Part shown: in pieces, positions 14,965-28,626 of the stretch
How positions within the stretch are numbered: position 1 is the stretch's first letter
Layout of the letters: each line of letters begins with the position of its first letter
Origin: Perkinsus chesapeaki ATCC PRA-425
Taxonomy: Eukaryota > Protista > Perkinsozoa
Assembly (NCBI GenBank): GCA_013115145.1
Contig: JAAPAO010000057.1
Span: forward strand, 1 to 64,000
DNA length: 64,000 nt
Direction of reading: 5' to 3'
Notes under the pieces: model-generated
The model's input: the letters and a program-made list of their open reading frames with translations, nothing else
What the model was told of the DNA's origin: nothing
Databases searched by the model: none
Program-made: the position numbers and the translations under genes

Positions 14965-16733
14965 GATGGATTTATCGAAAGGTACCGCCAGTGAGTGTGT
15001 ATGTATGTCAATCGCATATACACGATTATGCCAATTCTCCCATTACCTATGAAGGTGACTTCGCGTAGCCTGTGACATTCGGATGGGTTCGAAATGTTCC
15101 TCAGAATATACGGCACTGGATTGGAGGGTATGGGGTCCAGCATGTCCACGGCAGAGATGTCATATCTTACAACGATGCGTCCATGAAATAGGCCACTACT
15201 ACTATAAGCAAGAATTACCTGCTGTCGACAGATTCTGCATCATCAATCATTGGAAAGGATTCTCCCTAAGGGTAGTTCAACTATCAATCATGCCCGGTAT
15301 GTTCCACTGTTTACTTTGCCAAAGGCTTCCGCGTCTCGGAGCTCATGACCGCCGTTCAAGTTGCCTTTGTACCACGACAGAATTACCTTATGGAATGGAA
15401 ACATCGCTAAATGGCGTTTGTCATAGAAACGAGCACCTCCATTCCAACTATGAAGGTATTTCTCTCTTTGACTGTATTAAAAATAACTTGCAATGGAGAC
15501 CGTACTGATGGCGTTTTGGATTGCTGGCCTGCGTCCAAGCATATGTATAAGCATCGTCCGATCATAGCCTAACCCTCACCTTCTGCTTTGAAGTTCATAC
15601 TGGCAACTGCCTTAGCTCGTGTAGTGTTGTTCTCATCCGAGGTTGATAACTCGTCCAAGGATTCAATCGAAATTAAAGAACTATTCCATACCTTTAGACG
15701 TTCGCCAGTTGTCTCTATCCGTATCATCTGATCCACAGCAGTAGTGGTCCAATTATCCGCGGCCGATGCGCTTACTAAGCCTATCAAGTCATGTTGTAAA
15801 GAGCAGTCCGTAAGGTCCCCAGATGCATCTAGGAACTGGGCCGGCACCCTGACAATAGATAACTCGCCTTTCAAGCATGATGAACTTCGAGAGGCGAGGG
15901 TTCCTTAATAACCGCGGCCGTACCACACCAACAGGGAACGTGACCTCCCCACATCCCCGGATTTCCAACAACGGTGCGGCTAATGGCGCTTCGAGTTGGT
16001 GCGCCTTATCAGTAGCCCGATCCCTTTCAGAGACATTCACTACCATCCAGAATATTCCTCCGCAAACTCGAGAAGCCTGTCTTTTATTATCGAATCCACG
16101 TGGGTTTCTCCTAATAGCCGTTCCTGAGGCAGGTTGTGGTGAATCACTTCACAGAATTACGAGTTCAATACATGGACTAATGAACGGCGAAAAGTATATC
16201 TTAGTAGGGACACCGGACAACGCGAAACGGGCTTTTACCAATCTTTGAGCTCGAGAAGATCGGGGATCCGCGCCGGTGTGGTCCGTCATTGATAATGGTA
16301 GTGGTATAACTCTAAGGAACGGTTAAATAAGGATATCATAGGTTTTTGTCAGAGGTGACAGTGTGTGAAGGCCACCTGATGAGCTCGTGTCCGGGCCCCC
16401 GGGGCGCCAAGAGGATCACTTTTTGCACTCTAAGAAGCTTAACTTACTCCTCCAGATTCACTCGGGCAATTCAGTGGATCAGTTGTGAAATTCAGAATCG
16501 ATTCCAGAAGAAGTTTCGTGATGAGTTTACTGAACAGCCTGACTGAATCTCGTCGCATTTCCCGGACGGACCCCGCACAAAGAAACGTCGCGCGCACCGA
16601 AATTATTATATCGTCTACCGTATGATAATAGAAGTGTTAATGCTGCTGTGATTGGATTCTTATAGAGAATCCGACGGTGGTGACAGACACTCAGATGACT
16701 CATGCAGATAGCCTGTTCAAATACGCTTACCAT
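14965..16733 (-). CDS. Hypothetical multi-exon protein converging on the tRNA
   Basis: Minus-strand exon-like pieces with canonical splice sites (VIHHNLPQERLLGETHVDSIIKDRLLEFAEEYSG; WNGGARFYDKRHLAMFPFHK; SSGLFHGRIVVRYDISAVDMLDP; RLREVTFIG). No family recognised. Confidence 0.45.
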
Positions 16734-17452
16734 ACCAAGTTGTTGCGCGCTAGTGTACAGCGGCCATCATTTTAAAGGGCACCGTTATACAATATAAAAT
16801 ACCGAATGAAGCACGGACATCGGAATCGGTTAACACAAGGGCCCCAGAGATAGTCTTCCTCTTAACGGTCGCCGATTCATTCCGTCACCTCGGTTCGAAC
16901 CTGCGTTGCCCATGCGTTCAATATTCGATAGCGTTATATAGCTAGCACTGGGGGCTATCCCTGGTACTGCTCTCTTCCTTTTCACTTCCGGTATAATGAT
17001 GCGTTACTTTGGGGATTCAGTGCCCTCAGTTGGTTCTCCGTTGCCTTATCCCATTATAATAACCCTCCCAGCCTCCCTTATCATCAGATTATCGAGAAGC
17101 TATCTTGAAGGCTTTAGGTTATTTTGATTGAGCAATTGGCTACGAAGCGTTGGTTGTTGTTTGGACTACTAACTCTACTACTTTGGAGACCCAACTCCCT
17201 GTGATTGACGACGCGATTGAGATTGAAAGACTTTGCCGATCTCTACCTCAAGGATCTGATTAATAAATTAACCTGATTGAGTATATTCCGTATTATTCCC
17301 AATTACAGTAAGTTCAGAACTGTACAACGGCGCATGATTCTCGACACAACTTCTGTCCCCCTCTCTTTGAACTACCATATTCTCCTCAGATAAAGGTTGC
17401 TAGACTTCTATGTTGATTGAAACGGTCGTACATTCGTCAATGGCAAAAATGA

Positions 17453-20400
17453 ATACCATTGACGATTCTACTAGTGATAATGATTCTTGTGAGGAGTGTA
17501 AAAGTACCTCTCCTGAGGGTTGTACACCAGCCCCCAATTTTCCAGAGTCTACTACAGGTTAGTTGACAAAAATATTTATCAGTATTTTAACAACCATCTG
17601 TGTTATAGGTACTCCTTCCACAGTTGCCACAGATGAGGCTTATAATATTAAAGATTTAACCACTCCAACCCAACAATTGTCATGTGCGCCGAGGACTTGT
17701 GTGCTCTAACATCTTGTTGCCTCAGACCCAGTTAGTGATTCTACTAAATCAACAACATCCACTGGTCGCTCAGACTCACCTTTGAAAGATGGAGAGACTG
17801 TATGCTACCTTACTGTATATCTCAATAATTGTTATCAGATGCTGAGCCTTACGCGCGGTCGTCCACGTCCAAGATTAACCTCACCTATAGTCAGCGAAGC
17901 ACGTAGATCCTCTTGCCTCTTCGGTCAAGTAGTTTACTCTATATAATAAATACCTCAACCTATTTACCAGATATCCCCCCCTGCAATTCCTCATCAGTGC
18001 GAGGTCCCTGGAGGGTTACACCTGTGCGGCACGAGGAGCTCTACTGCTTCCTTATCACCATCTTCGTCGTCGTCTCAGTAATCGACACGCGTTCCCTCCA
18101 GTCTGGAACGTTGGTTCAGTTTTTCCCCACCGCCATGCCTTCAAGATTTCACTAACGATAGGGCACCAGCTTCCACCAAGACCAAAACAGTAGGCTCTCC
18201 GAGTTGGCAGCTTGAAACCTTGAACTGTAGATACCCTCCCCAACTGGCTCTGATTCCTTTTCCACCGAGGTAAAGTTATTGCCCTTATTATATTGAATGT
18301 TCCCTTCAAGATTGAGTTCCCTGTATTCTCATCATTCCAGCAAATAGTTGGCTCTATGATGAAGAGCGTGTCGGAGGGTGAGCGTCTTGGCCCAGGCCGT
18401 GGTGTCACACTTCAAGATTTTGTACGTATCGTATCGCACTTGTTTTCGATTTGTTGCTGCCTTGTCAGTTTGATGCTGCTGAAGCGGTCGGTCATGTTAT
18501 GTTGGCCAGCTCTTCGGCCCCTCCAAGTCGTATTAATAGTGCTGGAGCAACTTGCCCCTCAGCCCGATCTAATGCTCGCCGAGGCTCCCTCAATAATCGC
18601 TCATCTTTTCTGGGCGTTAGACCTCCCATCAGTAAGTTAGGTCGTTCCACGTTGTAGTTTTAGCCATCCTCTGCTCCGATCAGGTCCCGAGGGTCAGCGA
18701 CGAGCTTCGTGGGTTGGAGGTATGAGAAACCGCTCAAGCAGTGAATATGTAAGAAGCAATCCATCGAAGGCCTTCTCTACCGAACTTTGGTGGCAGAATC
18801 GTTCACGGTGTTGCTCGGCTACATCATATGACTATAACCAAGATGATGAGGATGCTCAGTTTCCCCTTCCCTGCCGAGCCAGAAGCTACAATGCTGGTAA
18901 CGTCGCCACCGCCCCCGCCGCCCTCCATCCGATGAGAAAATTGTTATCAGGTATTTCTACAGGCTCACCGGCTCTCGGCTCTAGGACTCCTGGGTCACTG
19001 TCGAAGCTGCACCCAAACCGTCGTCGAATGCCTGGGGCTTTGCAACGTTTGACTGATTCTGTGACCAATGGAAATGTAACTGATTCCCATCGTGTCCGTG
19101 GTAGTTTGCATTCTAGATGAGATTGATTGTTACTGATGATACAAGCGATGATGAGGGGGGCAATTCCGCCCTTAATTGCACCCCTGCTTCCGCAGCAGTT
19201 CCTCCGCCCGACCGCAGTGAAGAAGTTCCTGCCAATGTTCGAGATTCAGGGAAGCTGGGCGCAGCTTCTCGCTCCAGGAAGTAGGTCCCTCCGAAACGTT
19301 TTCTGAGCTCTGTGATGTCAGGAGCTCCCTCATCGATCTTGGTGCGCTACTGTGCAGACCGAGGCGCAACAGCAGAGTAGTGATCGTTTATTTTGCATTA
19401 TCAATCATCTCCTCCCACAGGTAGCTTGCTTCGTTGATGCTCATCCACCTTCACCGCAAAGTAATACCTGTCGTCTGTTGGTCCATCGCGTCCCCAAATA
19501 GCATTCTTCAGCCCTGGCTTCGGCCGACGTTGATTTTGGCAATCTGATTGGTAGTGGAAGTTTCGGTGATGTATTCAAGGCAAAGTGCAAGCTCAGTGGT
19601 ATGTGTCATTCTCGTTCATACTTTTCACGACCAACTGAGCAGGTGAATTCATCGCCGTGAAGGTCGTGTCGTATGAGGACAGCGATAAGGTCAGTGAGGT
19701 AGCTGCCAAACAGCTTGCCAATGAGATGGATATCCTCCAGCAGCTTGAGCATCCTAACATAATCAAGTAGCATCCATTCGTGAGCACCGCCGGTGGTCTG
19801 GTGAATGCTCTCTCTTCAGATATCTTGGGCATGAGTTCATACCTCCCAATGTCGAATGGGATCCACTACCTCGAGATCCTGCAATGCACCACAGGCTCCT
19901 ACAGCACAAGTGCTCTATGGGCCGATTGCTTGTAAGCCATCATCGCCGCCGCCGCCGCGGTTCGCTACATCCATCCCCTTTTACAGGTCTTCACCGAATA
20001 TATGTCTGGCGGTAGTGTAAAATCCGCACTCAACGATTTCGGTGCATTTGAGGAGGCCCAAATCGCCAACTACTCTTGTCAAATCTTATCTGGTTTGGAG
20101 TACCTCCACAGGAAATCCGTGAGTCGCCGCCTCTCCGCTACAACAATCTGGATCGGTTTAGCCAGGTTTCACATCGAGACCTCAAGTGTGACAACTTGTT
20201 ACTCGATGCTTATGGCACTGTGAAGCTCGGTGACTTTGGCTCAAGCCGACATATCAGTTCAAGTGCTACTTCGCACTAGAAATAATAATGTCATTTTTCA
20301 TTTACTTCAGGCGCCCTCATGACACAGCTCTCTGGTTCTATTCCCTGGATGGCACCCGAAGTTATATCTGCCGGAGTAACCGACCACCTTGGAGCCGTGC

Positions 20401-20732
20401 GGCTTGATGCTTTGTTTTAGGATAGTAAAGGCTATTCGATTTCGGCTGATATTTGGAGCTTCGGTATTGTCGTCATTGAGATGGCAACTGGAACTCATCC
20501 GTGGGGTAGGCTCTTTGGTACAGTTTCCCGCAATTCCATTCGTTTCTCAGGCAAGCTTGAAAATCCGGTGATGGCTATCTATAAGATATTAAGCACTAAA
20601 GCAGTGGACCCTCCTAGTGGAGCGTCCCCTGACCTGGTTGATTTTTTGAATGCTTGCTTACAGTGTGAACCATCTCAACGAGCCACATGCTCCGAGCTTC
20701 TACGCCAACCTTTCCTCGCTGCGACGCCATGA
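17453..20732 (+). CDS. STE11/MAPKKK-family Ser/Thr kinase with a long Ser-rich N-terminus; 5' end uncertain
   Basis: Kinase motifs LIGSGSFGDVF, FIAVKVV, LEHPNIIKY, FTEYMSGGSV, HRDLKCDNLL, VKLGDFGSS, GSIPWMAPEV, ADIWSFGIVVIEMATGTHPW, CLQCEPSQRATCSELLRQPF*. Confidence 0.88.
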
Positions 20733-21239
20733 TAGTATGCTTGTAACAACTATCAACACGGTGACCAATGCAGCGAGTGAAGCCCGTTTGATTATATCGT
20801 CGTCGCTGCCGATCTAGCTAAAGCTTTGATGTACGCGATGCCTCCTCAAGTCGAATTAGCCGATAGTGCATAGGATCCGCGGAGGTCGTTTTGTGTTGAA
20901 GAGGTCCACATCCTGGGGAGGGTTGCTGGATCATCACTTATACGATATTATATTGTTATCACAACTAGTGCTGCCACAGCCACGATCATATGATAGTGTG
21001 TGTGAATTTATAATGATTATTTACGAAAGTCGGTCTCGTGAGAATATGTGACCTCGTGAAAAGTTTTGCTTGCTCGAGGTTTCCTTGTTTGATCTCACTG
21101 CAATGTCTTTGTTCGTCAATATCCTCGCCTATCGAGTAGCCTCGGCAAAGTGCGCAAGTTTAATGGGAGCCGCGGCATGACAGAGATGCGGTCTGCTAAC
21201 AACTACAGAGGGATTGAGCAGAGTCGCGTAAACGGTTTT

Positions 21240-21905
21240 GAAGTTACTCGACTCTCTGCGAACGCGTTAGCCGGTGAGAAGATGCCGGCTTATGGACGAG
21301 TTTATGGGGAATTGGGAGCTTAGGAAGGACCGAACAAGTATCAATAGCTTGACCTCTAAAGACCATGTGTCCGGAATTTTTTTGGGTGCAGTTCAATCCA
21401 TACTCCTTAATTTCTAATCGGCATAGGGAAAGGAAATAAAATTCGACTGCCATAGCAAGGAACACGCCAAACTCTGTGACGACTGCTCAAGTCGGCGGAA
21501 TAGGGAAAACTTGAGGGAATCCTTTCGGAGTTTCTGTATTGCATCGAGGACGTACTTCCGTGGAAGAATCACTTCCACAATCCCAGCCGAGGGAGGCAGA
21601 CATATCGCAACACTGAGATGGAGAGTTGCGGATCATCTACGGCATCTATAAAGATCATATCAATATCATTGGGATCTTCGGTATCGTTGGATACCATGTT
21701 CCGCATCCCCAATTTGAAGGATTCATGACAGTCTTCTCTCTTGCCCAGATACTGAATTAATGTGTGTTTCACATTGAGCAGTGGGCAGACGTTGTTTTGA
21801 CTGAATCTGGTACTAGCCTTTGTTTCCTGATATTGATTGTCGAGTTAACGTAGTAGTATGAGGCACAAGTGAGCTTCAGAGGCAAACCAGCATCAACTCA
21901 CCATA
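21240..21905 (-). CDS. Possible small hypothetical gene
   Basis: ATG followed directly by a gtgagt donor, then an open frame ETKASTRF...DDPQLSIS and KYVLDAIQKLRKDSLKFSLFRRLEQ. I could not resolve the splice phases. Confidence 0.25.
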
Positions 21906-22224
21906 CACTAGCACCATGGAACACTTCGAGTATCAAATACCTCCGTAAAAACGAGACTGTTAAACAAGTCAATTTTGACAGCACTCGCCGTATAGTGCAT
22001 TAGTTCTATTATATACAACTCGATAACTGACTGGAAGTAGAAACTACGCTAAACTAAGCTGCTAAAAAAGGGGGATGTTATCATTTCCTATACGAGACCT
22101 ACACGCATAAAGGTAGTATCTGCATGTGAGACCCTGCCAATAGCAGAACCAGGTGTTAGCTTACATGTCCTCACGGCACAAAGGGGTGTATGCCGCCCTG
22201 GATTTTTATATATTGGCTGATCGG

Positions 22225-25200
22225 TCACTCATCCAAGCATAAGTCGGCTCCAGTGAGGCACACGGGACACTCCCGGGTTGAGGGTAAAATGTCGACCGGT
22301 AGAACGTGTCCTTGAGGGCATATAGGCCAGCAATTGGAAGCTGAGAGGGTGTCAGCTTGAGCGAAGGGACGTAGACCACAGTTTATATTTTCAAGCGTAC
22401 TTCGACGAGCATTCAAGATTGAGTTGTACCTTACAAGGAGGAATAACACTAGACACATACATGATACCCAACCTGGGGGCAATATTTATTATTTCTTGGC
22501 AGACAGGGCAACGACGAGGCCTCAAAGAGATAGAATCACCGTCAACGGCACTCATGTATCTGAAGGATACCAATTTGATCGAAAGGAACGAGGGTGCTAC
22601 CTGTCCAGGGCTTCGACAAAGAATGTATGGCCGCATTCAGGAAGCTCATATAACCGCGATCCGGTCTCCGGGGCCAGGCTTATATCCTCTCCAGTGAGCA
22701 TACAACGTACGTTGGGATGACAGGAGGGACAAAGGGGGCAAAGCTCCCCACAGACACCTTGACAAGGGTGGCCGCAGTCGAGGGTTAAAGAGCAGGGCTC
22801 TTCACAACGAGGCCTATCACATGGTTCTCCGCACAGGCGACTGCACTGGAAGTGCTGGCAACGCCAAGTGCACGATTCTCGGCAAGGGGTACAAGCTTCA
22901 TAGCAGGCCTTTTCACACTGTTGACGGTGTGGACATCTTCTCTCGCAATCACGCTTACAGAGTTGAGTATGCGGAAGGCCGCAGGCTTGATCGCAGATAT
23001 GGCCACATAGCAGCTCAGTTCGGCACGGTTCGAGGCAGTACACCTCCCCGTGGTCATGGTATGGGAAGCACGGTCTGCTACACTTATGTCCGCACTTGAA
23101 GGGGAACTCGCACGATTTCTGGCAATGTGGCGTAGAGCAACAGGTGACAACTACCTTGTGACCACATAAGGCTTCATCTGTCTTCGTAAATGTGCAACGT
23201 GGAAGCTTCCTGCCGTGTTGGAATTTATCACATAGCCCGGCGGGCTTCTAAGAGTCATAATCGACCTCCTTGATGAAGCCGTTGACAACTGAAGCCTTGT
23301 GGCCACAGGAGAAGGTGCAAATACCAGAGCCGTCACATGGAACTCGCTTGAATACCGATTGAAATACTTCTTGGGCCGTATGGCAGGGAATGAGCTGGCG
23401 ATGACCACACCTTAACTGTACCGACACTGCCGCCTTGCAAGGATATGCTCTAGCTTTTGTATTGTCACCGCATCGAACCTCTCGATCATGGCCACAAGGT
23501 AGCTTCGAGATCTCAGTGACTTTACATTTAACACTCGCAGTTTCATCCTTGGAGTGACAGGGGACCATGTTCTCATGGCCACAACCGAGAATAGCTGGCA
23601 CCTCGACGCAGCATGAACGTGATCTTAGTGAGGAAGTGAAGCCCCGTGTAGACTGTGAGCTTTCCTTCTGGTAACAAGGCACATGTCCCATGTGACCGCA
23701 TGACAGAGAGATTTCCACAGGCTCCTCACACTTGTGGCTATAGTGCGATGGTCGATCCTTCAGGTAGCAAGAAGTGACCTTCTTGTGACCACAGGGTAAT
23801 GTAATGTTAGCCTTCTCACTGCATTTAACTCCCACGGATCGTGGCGTCAGGTTTTCCTCGTGAACCACGAGAAGCAGTTGCTGCCAACATTGGATAAGCT
23901 TCTTGTGGCCACACGGCAACTCCGTGAGAACATGGTTCGCACACCTTCCGGCTGACAAGTCGTTACGGTCACTGCAACGGGCGCTCTTACTGTGACCGCA
24001 CTCAAGAGTTACCTCGATCGTCTCTTCACATCTCCGGTAATTAGATTTGTCCTTGTTGGCACATTGCAACTTCTTTTGATGACCACACTCCAAATCGACG
24101 ACCACTTCCTCACGACAATCGCGATAGAACGACGAATCCTTGTCTACACAAGGTAGAGACTTTTTATGACCACATGGAAGCTCGATATCCACCATCACAC
24201 TGCATTTACGATAGTTAAGGGAATCCTTCTTTGGGCAGGGTAAAACCTTTTTGTGGCCACATGGTAGTTCGACATCGACCTCCTCGTTGCATACTGGTAA
24301 GTTATCCTTCTGATAACAAGGGACCTCAATCTTGTGATTACAAGGCCTCGTCATTTCCACAGGCGTCTCGCAACGGCGACTATCTGCATCCTCTTTTGCG
24401 TGACACTCGACCTCTTTCGAATGACCGCACGGCAAATCTATTTTGATTAGAGTAGTACAGCATCTCGCAGTAGAGCTATCTTGCGAGAAACACGGAAGAA
24501 GCTTTTGGTGTCCACAATCGAGGGTAACTTCAACGTCTTCTCTACAACTGTATTCACAGCAGTCCTGTGGAGTGAGGCCGAGTCGATCACATGTTGCACA
24601 AAGATGCTCTGGTCTCTCATGGGTGCAGTTGAGCGGCTTTGGACGATTGCATGTCCTCTCACATTTGACCGAGTTGTGGTTGAAGACGTGACACAGAAGA
24701 GGGCATCGGTGGCCACATCTTGGAAGAAGCATCTGGCATGGCTCGCGACAGCCACCGTCCTTCACATTCTCGAAGGCATCGGTGTTGGCTACATCCTCAG
24801 TATTTTCGGGGTGATTGCGGCATTTCAGAATCAGAAACTGACCAATCCTTCCTTGGCCGCGGAGACATTCGATGACCTTCTCCCAGCTTGGAGATTTCTC
24901 AACCATCGTGGAGTTCCCCAGAATATACAGGCCCTCGCGAGCTCGTGAGAGTGCAACGATGACGCGGTTCTCAATTCCGATGAAACCAATCCTGCCGCCA
25001 GGGTTAGAACGAACAAGTGACAATATGATAATCTTGTTCTCTTCACCTTGATAATCGTCTATTGTCACAACCTTGATGTCATTCTCAGAGGCACTTCTGG
25101 TGAATCGCAGCTCGGGGCTTAGAAGAGCCCGAATGAGCCGTTTCTGACCTACATAGGGAGTAAGAAGGGTGATGTCGGAGGGCTTGTACTGTTGGGAGCG

Positions 25201-28200
25201 AACAAGATATGTAGCCAAGGCAACCGCATACTTAGCTTCAAACTCGTTCCTCTTCGACGAGCCTTCTGAAGACTGTTCGAGCTCCCTATGGTCGAGGAAG
25301 TATACATCAGTAGCCACACCACCAACTCTATCATACTTCTTAACCCTCTCGTGATCGATGAGACCATCAGCGTAGAAATGCTTCACCAATTGGCTGACTT
25401 CTGGTCTCATACGGAGTTGAGTGGATAACTTAGCAAATGGGACGTTGAGATTGATGAGCCTTTCAAAAAGTGATATGTCAAAGTGATTCTTCCGGCATAA
25501 TTCAAAGGCATTAATTTTCGGTCTCAACTGTTGATGGTCTCCAATAAGCACCACATGTTCCAATTTAGGTGAGGATAGGCACGCCATTAGCTGACATTCT
25601 AACAGCTCACCAGCCTCCTCAATTATCACAACCTTCGGCGCCAGGCGTTGAAGCACGTCCCGGTTCAAAGCCGCGAACGTACTCGTCATGCCGACCAAGC
25701 TCGCTCCGGCACAGGCCCGCAGCGATAGAGCCTTCCTATGCTGGGCATAAGCTTCGCCTCGCCTTTGGCACCTGCTGTACATCTGCTGCAACTTGACTGT
25801 CATAGATCGGTTGAGTCGAGGCTCAACCGTCTCCAACAATCGCCCTCGGTCCCTAGGATTTGGCCCCACACGCTTGGCCATATCATGGACAGGTACATGA
25901 CAATTTTCGGCGATATTCTTAGCGCCGAAAGTCTTCTCCAGCTCTCGTCTGATCTCTTGCTGAAGCAGGACAGCCATCATCCTCTCGGTCTGCCATGGTT
26001 CTCTGGTCACTTCATGCCGGACATCATCCGCATTGGGCCGAGATATGCGGACAGGCCCTTCCTCGTCATCTGAGAACTCATCCGAGTCCGAGTCGAACTC
26101 GAAGGCAAGTCTGTCGAGCACGGGCCTTCTGATTCGCCTATAGTCCTCAGCAACATCATCATCGAAAAAGTCGTCGTCGAACATAATACGTTCCTCATTG
26201 ATGCGGTCAAGGATGTCCATGTCCAGATCTCCAATGTCCACATTTCTCCAGGTCTCTCGAGGAACATCCTGGTACTCGCTGAAGACATTGTCCAGGCACG
26301 TCTTCACGCCGCTTTTCATTTGAGTGCATAGATAGCGTTTAGCACTCATTGATCGATAGGAAAATATTGTAGGCGAATTGCCCCTATCAGTAGTGGTGAA
26401 GAGATCTTCATCCTGCGAACGAGGTAGATGTCGATCATTCAGCCAACCTTTCTCTAGGCCAGGGAGCTTCCTCTCCTTACCCTTCAACCAGTAATCAAGG
26501 GAAAACAGAGCAAATTCACAAGCACTTCTACCAAGCAAAGCAAAACTGACTTGCCAGCCCCTGGGGCGGACAATAGTCCAGAAGAGGCTACGCGGTAGAT
26601 ATGCGAGAATGCACACCAGCCGTGCTCGATTGGAGTGTTGCAGGAAAAGGGCAGCGTTCAGTGCTTGGGAATAATGTTCTAAACTCTTCTTGAACTTCTT
26701 CCGCTCGAGGTATTCCTCTTTGGTTTCTTTAGCTCTACGGCGAGCACTGCACTCTTGTAGAGCTGGACTCTGACTCTTAGACCTACCTCCAAAACGTACG
26801 ACACCACAGCTCCCGAAGTGCGGAAGGATATCTTCAAGGAACTGGTCGAGGGCATGATTCGTTAAAGTGACAGTTAATATGGAGCTCCTCGTAAATATAT
26901 CTCCCAACCATCCTCTCTCCTTGAGGCACGCTCGTGCAATTCGAGCAAACTTAACGCCCAAATAGCTTTTGCCAGTACCCGGTGGTCCTTGAACAATGGC
27001 AACAGGCGAACGGAGAATATACTTCATAGCCTTCTGCTGAGCCTCGTCAAGTTCTATTTTGCGGTTTTCGTGCTCCGGCCAATCTTCGATAGGATCTCCC
27101 ATGATAGAGTCGTCATCGGCCTCGCCTTTGCAGTACAGGAGCGAAAGGTCGATCTTTTTTCCCCTGAGGTATAGCGGAGGCTGCTGAGGCTCCTCAATAC
27201 GACCAAGGAGTTGAGACAGTAGGGGTATCCTACTGAAAGACCTCTCTGAGCGAAGGAAGTCGAATACCGGCTTCTTGGCAAGGAAGTAGTCGGGCGATTC
27301 TAGCATACAGTACTGAGCATTGAAGTCGAACCTATTCATGCTGTCCGCATCAAAGCTAAGTCCAACCTTGCCACCACGGGAACGCTGGCCACCAACACCA
27401 CGAATATCGAACTGGGCTACGGTAGCATATATTAGGGTATGCTGGTCCGGCTCGCCTTCGAGAGTGCCGGTGCTTGTCTGGAACAGGGCAACAAGCGAAC
27501 CGAAAATGAGGTGAGAGCCTAGAGTGAAGTCTGTTGGCCGTTTACAGCGGAAGGAAACCTCCACATAAGGATCTCCAGTATTGGAGATGCCGAACGGCCT
27601 GTGGGTGGCAGTCACACGCTCGTAACAAACAGTCCTAGCGCCGTTTGTTGATGCCGTCTTCGTTATCACTGGCCAGAGAGCTTCCTTAAGGGGAACCAAG
27701 AACTCTTGGCGCAAGCAATGGTAATGCATAGTTCTGTAAAGTAAGAGGTCGCTTTCATCAGTAGCATTCCAATGCTCTGTAAGCCTATTAACAAGTTTAG
27801 GCCTCAAAGTGGAACGTGGAAGTCTGCCAGAAATCTCGTCCAGTGACGGAAGTAGCATCTCTTCCAACATCAGTTCTTCACACTCAGTTTGCTCAGGAGG
27901 CTCGAGCACTCCAGTGCCACTACTCTGAGCTGCCTTCTGACGAAGCTTCTCGGTAGCCCGACCAGTAAGATGGAACTCGATCTGCTCGACGTAGACCTTA
28001 GCGGATTGTTCATTGTCTCCCTTAAGCTCATTAGCACGGGTGCGAATATCTTCCATCGGAAGTAACCTGAGACATCTGGGATCAGTACGACCGATTTCTA
28101 CTGCAAGGGAGAGGTATTGGAGGAAGTTAAGATCAGACTTTTGCTTTGTGATGTAGTCAGTGGAGGTTAAAATGATGAGGGTCGCACTAAGAGCGCGCAA

Positions 28201-28626
28201 CAGGTCTTTGTACTTCTGGTGGTCGAAGGCGTCTTTAACGTCATCCAATAGACCAACAAGAATAACTAGATCGTCATGATCTAGCTGAGTCATATATTCT
28301 CTGAGCTTCTCACGAACGTTAAACAGCTGAGTGAGCTGCATATCAATATCACCTCTGTCCTTGAGGCGCCTCAAGAATATGTTAACGGTCGCAGCAGAAG
28401 TTATTTTTTCTTCAATGCGGATCACATTGCTCTTACGCACATTACTGGTGCCGTGCGAGAACTTGCAGGAAGAACCATGGCGGCAGTCACCCTGCTGGTA
28501 AAACTTGCAAGCAATATCAGATCTCCTAGTTGAAGGACCGGCGAGACTCTCAGGGTTATGCGAGAACCTGCAGGCAGTGCCGTTGCGGCAATTACCTCTC
28601 GCGAAGAAATGGCAAGTCGACGGCAT
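22225..28626 (-). CDS. ZNFX1: ZNFX1-like helicase, copy A: two CCCH fingers, SF1 (UPF1-like) helicase, about 14 extra Cys/His repeats, RING-like domain, degenerate RZ finger; in-frame TAG at 23248-23250
   Basis: MPSTCHFFARGNCRNGTACRFSH and CKFYQQGDCRHGSSCKFSH; QGPPGTGKSYLG; IIEEAGE; LIGDHQQLRP; QLRMRPE; TIDDYQGEE; VALSRAREG; CGH repeats; LPECGHTFFVEALDR; RCPVCQEII; two 3' introns; ends WPICPQGH...CPVC. Confidence 0.9.
25272..25644. repeat. Near-identical helicase-core DNA segment, copy A
   Basis: About 7 mismatches over about 345 nt versus copy B, counted by eye. Confidence 0.9.

Noticed and set aside
14950-16330. Retroelement remnant next to the tRNA
   Set aside because: No RT, RNase H or integrase motifs, LTRs or target-site duplication are visible. 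The region parses better as a spliced minus-strand gene.
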